A stretch of 64,000 nucleotides of DNA from a virus (IMGVR_UViG_3300026522_000022:32001-96000), one strand, 5' to 3'; counted from the stretch's first letter, positions 13,514-27,786 are shown. Translations and numbers: made by a program. Notes: generated by a model from the sequence alone, not told the origin.

Positions 13514-16500
13514 ATGCATAAACAGTATCCTTATTTGCAAGACAGTTATATCTATAAAACAGATTTAGAATGAGAAAATAGAAGTATTTTAAAAGATATT
13601 GACAATTTTAAAAATCAACGTCAATATGTCAAAATAACATTGCTAAATTGAGATGAAGAGCCCATCAAAGAAATCCAAGGAGAGATTTCTACGGGCTCTA
13701 TCTCAAAGACAGCCGATTCTCCCATCCGCCGCACAGCACAGTTGACTTGTGCGGTGGATGCTCATTCTTATTCTGTTGATAATGGAAAAGCTGATTTTGC
13801 GATTAATAAAAAAGTGTTCATTGAAATCGGAGTAAAGAATGAGACGCCGCACTATCAAGATTATCCTATCTTTTGATTTCCAGAAGGTGTTTTCTTCATA
13901 GGTTCATTTGCTATTAATGCTGGCTCTAATTCATCTACCACTATTACTCTTGGATTAAAAGATAAAATGGCTATGCTTAATGGCGATGTTGGAGGTACTC
14001 TTCCCGCAACAACAATTTTTGATTCAATGGATACTCAATTACCAGATGGAACTTATATAGAAAAAAAGGTTTTAATTTATAACATTATTCAAGAACTCGT
14101 TCATCATTATGGCGGAGAAGATTTAAGTCGTATAGTAATTGAAGGTGTACCTTTGCGTATTCGTCGTATTATGCAATGAACTGGAGATACTCCTTTATAT
14201 AAAATTACAACAGCAGAAAATTCTAACGCGGAAGTTGGCTCAGAAGAAGGATTCTATGAATTTACTCTAGAAGAGCCAGATAGTTCTGTTACTTATAATA
14301 AATATGAAAAAGGAGACGATGTTGGTTATATCATGGATGATTTTGTTATCGTCAATGATTTAACTGGCGCGCCAGGAGAATCTGTTACATCTATTCTTGA
14401 TAAAATTAAAAATATTATAGGTAATTATGAATATTTTTATGATGTTTTTGGTGTATTTCATTTTAGAGAAATAAAAAATTATTATGTTACAACGCAGGCC
14501 AGAACTTTATTAGATGAAATGGCTGAAAATGATTATTTAGTAGAGGTCAATAATAATAAAAGTATTTATACTTTTGATGATGAAAAATTGCTTACTTCTA
14601 TTTCAGTAACTCCGCAATATGAAAATATAAAAAATGACTATATTGTAGAGGGGAAAACTACTATAGGTGATAGCAATATTGTTTATCCTGTCCGTTATCA
14701 TCTTGCTATTGACGAAAAACCTAAGCTAATAGGTACAGATAATAGAGATACTATTAGAGCAATGGTTGATTGTACAAAAGAAATAGAAGATATGACTAAT
14801 CAATTAAATCAATTACTGACTAGTCGCGAAAATTCTAGTAAATCATTGACAGATATTTTATATAAAATTCAAATTAATAAAAATTCTATGTCCGATGATT
14901 TAAATACAATAAATACAAAAGACAAACTGTTATTAAAATATTTGCAAAATTATGCTGAAACCAATTGAAGCTATTCAGAACTGACAAAATCAAATAAATT
15001 GTTGTCAGAAGTATGGCTAGAAAAAACTTTTCCGCAAAATAATAATTTGACTTTAAGAGAATATTTAAACGCTTTACCAGAAAAAGAAAATGATGTAACT
15101 GAACAACTTAATAATATCGAAGAACTACAAAAAGCATTAGAAGAAAATCAAGACGTTTTAGAACATTTTACTGATAAAACGGTAGAAAATTTTACTGGCA
15201 ATAAAGATATTTTTAACAATATATCTGAAGTGTCAAAAACAGTAAATAATGCTAAAAGATATGCTGATATTAAAATAGGAGCTTGAGCGCTTAAGGAACA
15301 AGCTTTACAGCAACAGCAAGCCGCTAACAAAAATTCTTTTAATAGTTTTAAACAAAGCTGTATTGATTTATATGACTTTATCCAAAAGCTGCAAGAAAAT
15401 GTTAAAGACAAGAAAAAAATTCTAGTAGGGTCTGCGGAAAATGGTACATTAGAACAAAAGTGAAGAGTTAACAATTATGAATGTTTAGTCAATCGTTCTG
15501 TTAATGGTAAAATTTCTTTTTCTCATAATATTGATTATTTTGAGCAAGATGTTAGAGATGATGACACCTATACGATAACATCTAATAACGCTACAGTAAA
15601 AAAGATTTTACACATTACTGATGACAAATTCCTCTATAGCGATGGATTATTTTTTCAGTTCCTAGAACTATGAAAAGCATACCATGATATAGAAAAAAAT
15701 CAAGATTTAGCAAAAATTAATCAACTACAGAATCAAATTGCTAAATATAACGAACAGCAAGGAACTTTCCAATTTGTAAAAAATCCTAATCAGTCTAAAA
15801 AATATTATGGAGCTTATCCAACAGAAGAAACAAGTACAACCGCTGATAATTTTCAAGAAATGATTTTATACACGCATCCTAGGAATGGGGTTAATTGCGC
15901 GGCTTATGTAAAAGTTGTAGATAATTTGCCCGATGTTGGTAATTTTAATTTAATATACAAAGAAGGAAATACTTATTATTATTGAGACGGGCAAATGTAT
16001 AAAGAAGTTAAAGTTTTAGCGGCTTATGATAATGCGGCAGATGAAAACAAATATTATGCATATGATTGACGCACAAAATTATATCTTGATGGATTGAAAG
16101 GTGTTATTAATGGCACTGACCAAGGATATTATTTTGCAGAGCTTTCCGCATTCTGGCCGCAAGTTTATGATTTAACTGAGCAGAAATTCTTTGGAGAGAA
16201 AGAGGACAAATCAACTCATTTTAAAACTCTAACTTCAAGCGGAACATATTATTTAGACTTCTTAGATTCAATCTCTACTTCTTTTGGAGAATGAAGTGTT
16301 AAAAATATTGGGAGACGCTCAGATGTAATTGTAAAAGAAGAAATTAATTGCTTATTTCAGCCAGAAATTCCAAATGTAGTTATTTTACCCGCAAATTCTT
16401 TAGATTTAAGCGTAGCAAATCGTTCTTCGTCTGATACAATTTTTACTTATAATAATCGAGCATTAGAAAGTGATATGACTTTAGAAGAATTAAGAAACGA

Positions 16501-16807
16501 AGCTAAAATTAATTTTTATCCTTGGACGCAAGTTGATTCTTCTATTTATTCACAATTACTTACTGGTGGTTATAAGAATGGAGCTTTTGACCAAATTAAA
16601 TATGAACTATATTTACATACTAGATATCAAAAAGCTATATCTATGACTAGCATACCAGTATTTTATTTAGAGCCAAATAATAGAATTACAATTAACGATA
16701 CAACAACAAATACTTATGGAGATTTTGTTGTACAAAGTATTAATTTAACATTAGGGCCTGGTGCAAATATGTCAACTACATGCAATGAAATTGCAGAAAG
16801 ATTTTAA
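13514..16807 (+). CDS. ~1097 aa tail protein, baseplate-hub-like; TGA=Trp
   Basis: ATG at 13514 with AAGGAG RBS; ORFs 13967-16475 in the same frame; C-terminus IPVFYLEPNNRITIND...GDFVVQSINLTLG resembles the last beta-barrel of hub proteins. Confidence 0.6.
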
Positions 16808-16816
16808 GGAGGGGAT

Positions 16817-17917
16817 ATGACTATTAGAATCCAACAAATATCAAATGACAATCAGATTTCTTTTGCGGAAGAGCAACTAGTTAAGTCATATCCGCCTAAT
16901 CTTGATGAAGACCTCGACTTTCAACAATTAGTTTTAAAATTACCAAATAACGCTGTTTTTGAACAAAATAAAGATTATTTAATTACAGTTAAACTTCCTC
17001 AAAATCGTTATTATGATATGAATTTTGGGGTTAGATTGATGAACCTTGATTCAAGTAACTCTGGGGCTGATTTAAGAGATATAACTAATTATCAATTTAT
17101 TAAATTTATTACAGTACCTAAAATAGAAAAGTCTGATTTAATCCCAGAAACGGTTTGATTATATCAAATAAATTATGGTAATCGCGAAAATACTATTAAT
17201 GCGGCCTTAGCTATAAAATTTTCTATTGATTCTAGTCAAATTGTAGATATGGAATCTTTTGTAGATGCCATTAAACGAGATGAACGATATAACGAGATTA
17301 AGAATCGAGCAAATAAATTTTTCTATTATTCAGGAAAAGATGTAGAATATGCATGTTATTTTGATTATAACGGACAAGAAATTAGAGAGGCCGCAGACGG
17401 AAGAAACGCGATAGTAAATTATTTTCAGCAGAACGGTGATACAAAATATGCAACGATTGAACCAAACTTAATGTTAAATAATTTTAATATTGCAAAATCA
17501 GAAAAACAAAAGATGGAAATTAGTTTTGTTATTCACCCTGAATCAAATTATAATGCTATTTTCCTGTGTCTAAAGTTGATTGAAACTGATAATGATATAC
17601 AATGGATAGACCCAGAAAATAATAATGTTATGCATGGTCGATATGTTGATATGGATACGAAACCTACTTGAAGTTATGTCCAATTAAATAATATCTTAGA
17701 GAGCATACCTGGAAGAAAAATAAAAACTATTGGAGTCTGGGGACGCTCAGAACAAATAATGGCAATTAATGGACAAGAAATAAAAATTGGCCCGAGTGGA
17801 TATTTTGAATTGGATGTTTCCGGCATTACTGGTTTAGATATTAATTCTTTGGCTATTGCAAATACTGATAAAAATGACAAATATACTGTAGATATACAGT
17901 ATGAGTTAACCACTTAA
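16817..17917 (+). CDS. Hypothetical structural protein (366 aa); TGA=Trp
   Basis: AGGAGG RBS; single frame through two TGA to TAA. Confidence 0.65.
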
Positions 17918-17933
17918 ACAAAGGAGGTACTTT

Positions 17934-19472
17934 ATGGACAGCTTTTATGGAGGTAAACAAGGTATCTCCTTTATTATTAAAGAACGTTTCAAAACTATTG
18001 ATGAAATGAATAACACTTTCTCAGACCCAAACTATGAGAAAGTTTGATATGGCGAATATTGTATCATAGATACTGATAATAAAAATAATCCCGATAATGG
18101 TAAAATCTTTAGGAGAACAGCAAACTCCGCTGTCTCTAATAAATCACCTATTTATTATGAATATATAGGTCAAGTAGTAGGCCCCGCAGGTGGAGTCCCA
18201 AATATTGAGTTAAAAAATTTAAATGATTTTAAAACAAATTTTCAAAATTTAAATCTTAATAATAATGGAATGGTGTATTATCCTGTTTTATCAGATAATA
18301 AAATTGAATATATATCAGAAACAAATACAGAAAACGGTAAGCCTACAAGCACCCCCGCATTTTTTTCTGATGATAATTCTGTTATTTATAAATCTGGTAA
18401 AGATTATTATAAACACACAAATTCAAGTGGTTCGCCTGCACCAATAACGCCCGTATTTAAATATGGGTTTTATACTTTCCAAGGAACAACTAAAGATAGT
18501 ACAACAGGAGAGTTTCCAATTGCTACTGTTGGATTAGGTTTTGAAATTCCTTATGTAGATTTTGACGTAAAAGTTAATCCTACTCCAGCATTTTATAGTG
18601 GGGAAGTTAGTATAGAGACAGAAAAGCATAATAATTTTTATAACACTTATACCCTTACAATTCCCCAGGGTGTTCCTGGCTCTTTTATAGGAAATATTCA
18701 TAAAGAATCTACAACAACAGATTCTGCTTCTTTCTATAAATTAGATGAAGATGTTGACTTTATTAATCATAAATTGATGTCAACAGCGGAGAAAAAGCCT
18801 TCTTCTTCTACTAGTGTATTAGTGGGTAATTATTATTATTATGATTCAAAAAATGGCATAACCACTATTATGGATCCAACAATTGCAGCCTCACCTGCAA
18901 AATTTTTAATAAGTAATAATCATGAAGCATCTATAACTTTAAATTCAACACCAACTTCTAATGATTTTGGTAAATTTAGTGTAAATTATACGGATAATAT
19001 AGGATCAACTTATACATATTTACCTTTATTGAAATCTTTAAAAACAGTTCCAGAATATGATTCTAACGGTAATGTTAAAAAATATCAGTTAAAAGCAACA
19101 TACCAAGGAACATCACAAGGTGCTTCAGTTACTTATTCAATAGGAGATGCGGGACCAACTTATTGAGGTGTTTATGGTCATCGTCTTACACAAGAAGATA
19201 TTACCAAGTCTAATGGTCCAAAGAATGGTAGTGGAAACCTTGGTTTTGTCGCTGACAAAACTTCTGTAACATTTTATTATTGAAACGGTAGTTTATGAGA
19301 AGCGCTTGGAACAACAGCCGAAAATAAAATCACAAATATTAATTTTGTTGATCCTGCGGGCAATAATATTTTCAATATTCAAGATAAAGATCATCCTGTT
19401 ATTTTTAAAAGTTTTGAAGAACCACAAAATGAAGGTCCTATAATTACTTTTCCGGAGCGGCCATGAGAATAA
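17934..19472 (+). CDS. Hypothetical structural protein (512 aa, MDSFYGGKQG...); TGA=Trp
   Basis: AAGGAGG RBS; single frame including ORF 18270; ends TAA. Confidence 0.65.
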
Positions 19473-19729
19473 TTCAATTAAGTAAATTAAATTTATCTTC
19501 TATACCAACTAAAGGTATAGTTCATATAGGCATGGAACACTTACATTCTAAACCTATTTATGTAGCTGAAAAAATTATAAATATGGATGAAAATGTAAAT
19601 GATTATAAAATTAATGAATGTGATTTATTGGAATTTAATCATATTTATGAAAAAAACAGTCTTTCACTTATTGATAATTTAAGTGATTACGATATCATTA
19701 CTATCGTATATGATGAAACGGAAAAATAA
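19463..19729 (+). CDS. Hypothetical protein (88 aa)
   Basis: Track ORF overlapping the end of the previous gene. Confidence 0.55.
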   Translation: MRIIQLSKLNLSSIPTKGIVHIGMEHLHSKPIYVAEKIINMDENVNDYKINECDLLEFNHIYEKNSLSLIDNLSDYDIITIVYDETEK

Positions 19730-19741
19730 TAGGGAGGATGA

Positions 19742-20146
19742 ATGGCTATTACAAATATTTTTAAAGAGAAGGTGCGTCATCCTTCTGAAGATAATCAATG
19801 AATTACAATGCGAGACGTAGTTTCAGAGGATGGAAAAACTAATACTATTCGTTATTATGATGGAGAAAATAATCTTCTTAATGTAGGTTCTGAACAAGCT
19901 CCTACTTATATAAACGCAGGTGAATTTAAATCTATTGATGTTAATTTAGATGATTTAAATTTATTTGATGGCACAGTCGGCAATAAAAATAATATTGATA
20001 CAAAGATACAAGTAACTCCAGATGCTATTAATCTTACTATTAATGATACTGTTCTTAGTGAATTGAAAGAAATTGCATTCAGCACAAGCAATACAGATTC
20101 TAATACACTTAGAATTATAGAGGAAGAAGGTGAAAATAATGGCTAA
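19742..20146 (+). CDS. Hypothetical protein (134 aa, 1 TGA)
   Basis: GGGAGG RBS, ATG at 19742 in frame with ORF 19808. Confidence 0.65.
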
Positions 20147-21218
20147 TATTTTTTATGCATTTTGAGAAAAAATCAATAAAAAATTAGTTCCTAGAAACGT
20201 TAAATTTAACGAAACTTCCTCTAATTATATTTTTACTCTTCAAAACGCCAATGGAAGCGAAGAAAGCACTAGAGAAAATTTAGTATCTTTTGCAGTACCT
20301 AAACAATATGGATTAAGTGAGAAAGACAAAGCAAAATTAGATAAAGTTTGAGACATGGATGCACAGCTTGGCGGATTTACTTCAGAACAATGGCAAACTT
20401 TAGTAGATGTTTCACATGCTTTTAAAGGCGTAAATAATAATATTACAACACTTAAAAATCAAGTTGACACTCTTGAAGGTCAAGTTGACACTCTTGAAGG
20501 AGAAACAGATAAGACCGATTCAAAAAATGAAGCTTCATCTTCTTCTGCAGGATATATGTCTGCCACAGATAAAACTGCTTTAGATACATTAAAACAATAT
20601 AGTCAACGATATGCTTTAATATATGCCACTGAGAATTCGACTCAACCAGATGAATATGCAACAATTGTTTTACAAACTGGGGAAAAAACTCAATACGATC
20701 AATATGGTTTTAAATTTAACAATGTTACTTTTAATAAAAGCATTGCTACTATACAAGAAGATCAAACTCGAATAAAAATTAATCAAAGTGGTGTTTATTT
20801 AATTTTAGCTACGGGGTGTATTCTTCCGCAATTACAAGACTGAGTTACAAGACAGTCTAATTGTTTTACAATGAGAATAATACACGGCAAACCTACTGAT
20901 AGTACACCTCTTGCCGTAGATGGAGAAAAAGTTACAGGCGGAAGAAGTATTGCATCTTCCAATGCTTATTTTTATGAAAATTTATACACTTCTGGTACCA
21001 CTTTTACTGTAGCAAAATTAGAAGCAGGAGATATGTTAAGTTTGATCGCAACTATCCCTGTTACAGCAAGAATTCAAATGAGACATTATAATAGCAGAAT
21101 ATTTTTATTTAATATATTATCAACCCAACAATCAGAATTTATGCCAGAAGATCCAGTTAAGCTTGCTCCCGATGCGGATGCATCAGGCGATGATAATAAT
21201 ACGCAACAGGAGGGATAG
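20139..21218 (+). CDS. Tail fibre/adhesin with coiled coil and C1q/TNF-like C-terminal domain (359 aa); TGA=Trp
   Basis: SAGYMSATDK fibre motif; IKINQSGVYLILAT...VAKLEAGDMLSL pattern of C1q-like beta-sandwiches. Confidence 0.55.
20460..20500 (+). repeat. Tandem repeat with 21-nt period (QVDTLEG x2)
   Basis: caagttgacactcttgaagg occurs twice, adding one heptad to the coiled coil. Confidence 0.8.
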
Positions 21219-21221
21219 TAA

Positions 21222-22091
21222 ATGACTAAAAAAATAATACAATATAGAAAAGATAAAACCTCCGATTGACAAACAATAACCCCAGCAGACATTAAAGCCG
21301 CTCCTGAAAATCACAATCATACTGTTAATGATATTAATGGAGTATTACCAGTTAATAAAGGTGGAACTGGGCAGCAAACAGTAGAAGCAGCTCCTTTTGT
21401 AAAAAAAGGAAATGGGATTAATACTGCTTTTATAGATGCTAACTGAAATAAATTTCAGCCTATGAACATTTGAACGAATAGTTCAGATCAACCTGTAACC
21501 TCAAATTATGGTTTATGTATAAGTACCATGCATCCGTTTCTTTTTAACGCAAATACATCGCCTCAAACAATTTGAACTGGATTAACGACTAAAAATGTAG
21601 GTAAATGAGTAGAAACTAAGATATGGACAGGACTAGGTAACTATTTAAGTGCAAAAGTAAGAGCATTTTACACAAATGATTATTTACAATTATTTTATAT
21701 TAATATTTGAGATGAAACAACATCTGGTAGCAATTTACAATTAGCATATGAAATTGCATATGAAAGTTGAGTAGCACCACATCATGAAAATGACCGTGGT
21801 GCACCACTATATTTTAAAGCACAAACAAATTCTCCTTTATATAAAAATTCTGATTTTTTTGATGGTTACTCTACGGCTCTAGTTCGTGGTGCTATACGTT
21901 TTGGTTATTATCTTGGAACAGCTCAAATAAAAACTACCGATGGAATAACAGATGCAAATATATATTTAGTATGTGATAATACTAATACTGGTATACATAT
22001 AATAACAACTACTAGTTTTACTAATGCGAAATCCATAACATTTTCAGGCATTTTTCCTTATTCATTAATTGGACTAAGCACTACAAAATAA
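21222..22091 (+). CDS. Tail fibre protein (289 aa), absent from the code-11 track; TGA=Trp
   Basis: MTKKIIQY...HNHTVNDINGVLPVNKGGTG: HxH and LPVxKGGTG fibre motifs; continuous through TGA to TAA. Confidence 0.65.
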
Positions 22092-22097
22092 GTTAAT

Positions 22098-22133
22098 AGG
22101 GCAAACTCTAATAAATAGAGTTTGTCCTTTTTT
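22098..22133 (+). terminator. Intrinsic terminator
   Basis: gggcaaactcta-ataaa-tagagtttgtcc followed by tttttt. Confidence 0.7.
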
Positions 22134-22249
22134 AATTTATATAGATTGTGAACAAAGACAGACTAAATGTTTGTCGTTGAGATAGTGTGGCATAATTCAT
22201 TTTGAAGGTTTATCTTTAGAATTAACTGTTAGTTAAAGGGAGTGGATAC

Positions 22250-22768
22250 ATGAGTGAAGTTAACTTTTTATTCACTCACTTATCAACAGAGGAAATTGTT
22301 GTATTAGTCGTAGTCATGGTGCTGGCGGTAAAAGCAGTATGATCTGCGGTTGAGTGAATATGGAATAAAATAAAAAACAAATTGGATATAGAAAACGCCC
22401 AAGAGCAATGGGAAGAAAAAGTTTCTAATCAACTTGAAACACTAGATAGCAAAATCGACAAATTAGAAATTCAAAATCAAAAAACACATGAAGAACAAGA
22501 TAAAATGCACGATCAATTAAAACTTGTCCAAGAGAGGCTACAAGAAAATACAAGGTCATATTTAATTGACGCGCATCATAAGTTTTGTTATCAGATAAAA
22601 TCAATAGATGATATTAATTTACAATCTATTGAAAGAAGATACTTATATTACAAAGCTGCGGGTGGTAACTCATTTATTGATGGTTTAATGGATGAAATTA
22701 GAGCATTACCTCGAATAAATATTTATACTATAGACAAAGAAAATGAAGAAAAAGATGGGAGGGATTAA
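22250..22768 (+). CDS. Membrane protein, holin-like (172 aa); TGA=Trp
   Basis: N-terminal TM (IVVLVVVMVLAVKAVWSAVEWIW), coiled coil, YKAAGGNSFID motif common in phage holin-like proteins. Confidence 0.55.
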
Positions 22769-24288
22769 TGCCGGCAGACTTAAAGAAAAATGTTATTAAC
22801 ATGAAGCATCTTAGCCAAGACATTGATGACCCCATCGTAGTAAATGCGGCAGATGCTAATGGCCGCACTCTTGAAATAATTTTTACTCAAGAGGCTGCCG
22901 CGCAATTAACACCTAATACAAAAGTTTATCTCTCTTGGTATCACCAACAACAAAAAATTAAAGGATATAATGTTTTCACTTATATTCCCGGAGATAACCC
23001 TAAGAGAGATCCTTACAGATGACAAATCTTCTACCCGCAATCAATGTTATATTGCGGTGACGTACTCGCTTGCATAGAACTTGTAGACGACGTATCTATC
23101 GCCGCATCTAACAATTTTATGATTCATGTATTAGAAGATCCTAATGATGGCTCTACTTTTGTAGTTTCAGATGATTTTTCTGAATTTAAAAACGCAGTTA
23201 TCGCTTTAAACAATACTGCCGATAGAATCACCGCAGAATTTGAAGATATGAAAGCGCAGCATCAATATGTTCTTCAAACAGTTGAAAGTTTTGAAGATGA
23301 TATTGAAGATTTAAGACAGCAACTTGCAGAAATTCAAACTCAAGTTGATGAATCATTAAGAGTTAGAATGGATGCGGCAGAAGAGAATATTGAAGATTTA
23401 GATAATAGAGTCGCCGCACTTGAAGAAAATGATACTAATTGAACAGAAACAATTAATCAAGCTAGACAAGAAGCAATTGCAACTTCTGTTGAACAATCAA
23501 ATGTTGTCATTGAAAAAATATATGGTGGTCCGCCTGACAGTTTTATTTTCCGTTATGTTTTCCGTCAAGGTGGCACTCAAATTGAAAATGGTAGAATTGA
23601 TATTGCCAAAGACATGGTTGCTACAAGTGGTAGTTTAGTATATCCTACCCCACAACGACCTATTGAAATAAACGGAACAACAATTACATCTGGTACATAT
23701 ATTAGAATGACTATTGCTAATGGTCAGCCTTTCTATATTAATGTAGCAGATTTAATTGAATACAATACTTTCCAAAATACAGATGAAATTATTATTACTG
23801 ATATTGATCACTCTGTAACAGTTAGAGTTGGCGAAATTCTCGCTAATAAAATCATATATCAAGAAGAAGTTTTACCTCAAAATTTAGGTTCTGTTGAATT
23901 TTATAAAAATGAACCAGATGATATACAAGCTTGAAGTGAAAATGCTTCAGATATTCTTGCGGCGCTTGCAGAGAACAATGTAAGTGGCAACGATATTGTT
24001 AAAATTAATGTAGATGGCAATGTTTATGAATATTCTGTCCATCCAGATTTAACACAACTGCCGCAACAAGCTTACTTATATCCAACAGACGAAAATAGTG
24101 ATTTTAGTAAGATTTATCTTACTCAAGATGGACTAAGCGATATTGGATGCCCTGCTGAATGAGAGGGTGGGACAGTGTCATTTACAATTGGTGAGTCACA
24201 ACCAAAACAAACTGTGACAGAAGCTATTGATGAACTACAAGATGCTGTTTCAGGATTAACTTGGAAATGGCTAACTCCTAGTTCCTAG
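22768..24288 (+). CDS. Baseplate upper protein-like (BppU-type N-terminus) with coiled coil (506 aa); TGA=Trp
   Basis: ORFs 22768, 23044 and 23614 in one frame; N-terminal DANGRTLEIIF pattern followed by coiled coil. Confidence 0.5.
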
Positions 24289-24310
24289 TAAATAGAAAAG
24301 AGATAAAAGG

Positions 24311-25420
24311 ATGAAAAATAAAGTTTGCGTTTACGCGATTGCGAAAAATGAGTCTAAGTTTGTGGAGACGTGGGTCAAGTCTATGTCGGCCGCGGACCAT
24401 ATCATAGTTTTAGACACTGGTTCTGAGGACAATACTGTTGAACTTCTTCAATCTCTTGGAGTGGAAGTTCACGAAAAGACATATGAACATTTTAGATTTG
24501 ACGATGCCCGCAACGATAGCTTAGATTTAGTCCCAGATGAATATAATATTAGAGTTTGTACAGATTTAGATGAACGTTTTGATAACGATAATTGAGCTCA
24601 AATTCTCAAAGATAACTGAGACCCCGAAAGACCTAGAGCTGTTTATCATTATGTTTGAAATCATACCGCAGATGGAAAACCTGGACTTGAATTTGATATT
24701 AATAAAATTCATGGAACAGACCCTAATTTGCGGTGGGCAGGTGCTGTACACGAACATCTAACATTCATGGATACCGGTAAACGCGAATTTGATAAATTCA
24801 TTGATTTACGTGATAAAATTACTTTGCATCATTATGCCGACTTAACAAAGGATAGAAAATTTTATATCCAACTCGCAGAAGAGCGCATTAAAGAAAATCC
24901 AGATGACAGTCAAGCATATATCTTAGTTGGTAATGAGTATCGAGCTAAAGGCTACCCCGCCAAAGCTGTTATGATTTATCAAGAAGTGCTTAATAAATTT
25001 TCAAGTGAAATGAACACTGTTGAATTGGCTGCTCTTTATTATGCTCTTGGAGATGCATATTATAAAGATAAAGATGCGGTAAACGCTATGGTAGCTTTCT
25101 CTCATGGAATTGCTTTACATAAAACATATAGAGATAACTATTATGGTTTAGCTATTATTTTAATTAATAATAATATGTTAGAGGCTACAGTCGGTGTAGT
25201 TAAAGAAGCATTAAGAAATACAAAACAAGAATTTTTCTGAATGGAAGATGCAATGTCATGGACATATCCCTTATATGATATTTTAGCCGATGCATATGCT
25301 AGGCTTGGAGATTATGAAAATGCCGTTGCAGCCGCCGCATGTGCTCTTAGTTATGAACCTTCAAACAAAGCTTTGCAAAGTAATTATAATAAATATTTAC
25401 AACTGTTAAAAGGTCGATAG
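24311..25420 (+). CDS. Glycosyltransferase family 2 with TPR repeats (369 aa); TGA=Trp
   Basis: VCVYAIAKNE...IIVLDTGSEDNT...FDDARN...TDLDE (DxD)...WAGAVHE, then TPR-like helices. Confidence 0.85.
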
Positions 25421-25428
25421 AAGAGGGG

Positions 25429-25887
25429 GTGAATATAAGTTTGACCCGAGTAAAATTTTACACAGGACGGAAAGAAGATTTAGAAAACCATGAATTAGAT
25501 AATGGTACAATCTATTTCCTCTCTGGTGATGATAACCATGCTACAGTAGCATATGATATGAATAATTTTAGATATTATGTGGCTAGGCCAACAATTAAAA
25601 CTCTATCTCAATTGACCGCAGATTGAGTACCTGATGTTGGAGAAATTATTATTGTATCAGATGCAACTATTGTAAATGGAGTACCTGAGCCATATGTAAA
25701 AATTGGTGACGGTAAAACTAATTCACAATTACTTCCATTCATAGGAGAAAGTTCTAGAATTGATTTATTAGAACAAAGATTAGACCAACATATTAATGAT
25801 GAACATATCCATTTTGAACAAAGTGTAACGGGTACAACTTATATAGTATCAAAATATACCCCAACAGGAGAGGAAATAGGAGCATAG
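25429..25887 (+). CDS. Tail fibre-associated protein with KIGDG motif (152 aa)
   Basis: (W)VPDVGEIII...YVKIGDGKT...LPF motif seen in fibre N-terminal domains. Confidence 0.55.
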
Positions 25888-25888
25888 G

Positions 25889-27154
25889 ATGGCGAATTTA
25901 CCATATATTGACAAGATAAGCGTTAATGGTACATTATATGATATACATGACGCTCGTCTTGAAAATGTTAATTTCTTAAATTTCGCAGGAGTTAGTGATG
26001 AAACTGATTGACCTGTAGATAGAACTGCACTAACTTCAACAGAAATTGATACTTATAGTGTCGGCGATGTTGTTATTAATACAACAACTAATAAAGAATT
26101 TGTTGTTATTGAAAAAGGCGACCCTGCCGCGAAATACTGGGCAGAATTTGGTGATGCTAGTAATTTAGGTGGAACTAGTTTACAATATGTAACTGCACAA
26201 GGTAGTTATACACCTGTTGGACAAATTAGCAGTTCAACTGCTGTAGTTACTGCCACTGGTGCATATACACCTTCTGGTAGTGTAACAACTTCTGCAACCA
26301 CTCTTACTTCTAATGGTAATTATACTCCTTCTGGATCAATTGCTTTAACTCAGCCAACAGATGGAACAAGTATCTCATTAACTGGTTCTTACACACCTGC
26401 GGGTACCAATACAATTACACAATCTACTGATGGTACTGCTATTTCAGTAACAGGTACATATAGTAAAGCTACTGGTTTTAATGGAACAACTGCTACAATT
26501 ACTTCAACTGGAAGTTATACTCCAAGTGGCAGTATTAGTGTTGTACTTCCAACCGCTTCAATTGGTAAAGTAACTGCGGTAAGCACTGCATCTAAAAATG
26601 TTGTTTCTAGTGTTAGCACTGGCACAGTGGCAACTGTTAATACATCAGTAACAAACAATACCTTAGTTTTAGGCACAACAACTGCTGTTACAAGAGTAAC
26701 AACAGCAGCTCAAACTATAGTTACTGGTGTTACAACTGCCGCACAAACGGTGGCTACAGGTCAACCTACAACTAAAACATTTACAGGTGATGCTGCTACA
26801 CTTTCCGTTACAACTAGCTACAAACCTGCTGGTTCAATTACAAATACAGACACAACAATTACTTCTAGTGGTAAGTTAAAGGTAATATTCTCTGGTACTG
26901 CTGCTACTATTACTACTACTGGAAAACTTAAAGCTGCCTTTACTGGTACAGCTGCCACAATTAGTGTTACAGGTAGTTATACTAAGCCTACTGGATTTAG
27001 TGGAAATGCTGCTACTATTTCTGTCACTGGTAATTATAACAATGCTACTGGATTTAATGGCATTGCTGGTACAGTTACAGTTGTTTCTGCTAGAAGATTT
27101 GCGGCTGAAGGCGCAGATGACACTATCACTCCCGCACAAGGAAGTGATTTCTAA
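25889..27154 (+). CDS. Thr/Ser/Gly-rich repetitive fibre protein (421 aa)
   Basis: ATG at 25889 in frame with ORF 26627, one TGA; GxYTPxG and FxGTAATI(S/T)xTG repeats. Confidence 0.65.
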
Positions 27155-27762
27155 TGGCTATAGCTGAACCAACTGCTGATAATATAACTAAATATTGAGT
27201 TACAGATACTCAATTACAACTATTGGCGAATGCAATTAGAAAGGAGGGCGGAACAACCGCCCTCCTTACTTATCCAGATGGTTTTGTAAGTGCTATTAAT
27301 AGTTTAGATCATGTTAAAACTGAAAGTTTAAATGTAGCATGGCCTGCGGAATATAATAACATATATTGGACTACGCAAACTGAATTACAAAATATCGCAA
27401 ATGCTATTAGAAGCAAAAATTCAAGCTCTGAAACTTTAACATTTTTAGAAGATTTTGTGGATAATTTGGTTATTGTTAATGAAACTTCAGAAAAATTATA
27501 TCATATTTATCCTGGAAATGGAAATGAAATTTTTGCGGCTATAGACTGGCCAAATCAAGGTTTTAATAAATTTATAAATGATATCCCAGCTGGAACATGA
27601 TTTACACCCTTAAATGCTTCTGGTGATGCTGTGTATCGTGGAACAATAACATTTTTTAAAAAATCAACTCAAGAGCAAGTTTCTTTACCACGACGTACCT
27701 TACAACAAGCTTTCTGGATTTATCAAATGCCAGATTATGATATAATTGTATATATTTCTTAA
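27154..27762 (+). CDS. Hypothetical fibre-associated protein (202 aa); TGA=Trp
   Basis: Duplicated (L/I)ANAIRxKxG/N...LTF/Y motif; coupled start (TAATG). Confidence 0.6.
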
Positions 27763-27786
27763 TATAAATATGATAGGAGTCGAAAT

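Noticed and set aside
26180-27080. CRISPR-like or non-coding repeat array
   Set aside because: The repeats are degenerate, in frame and encode peptide repeats; there is no repeat-spacer structure.
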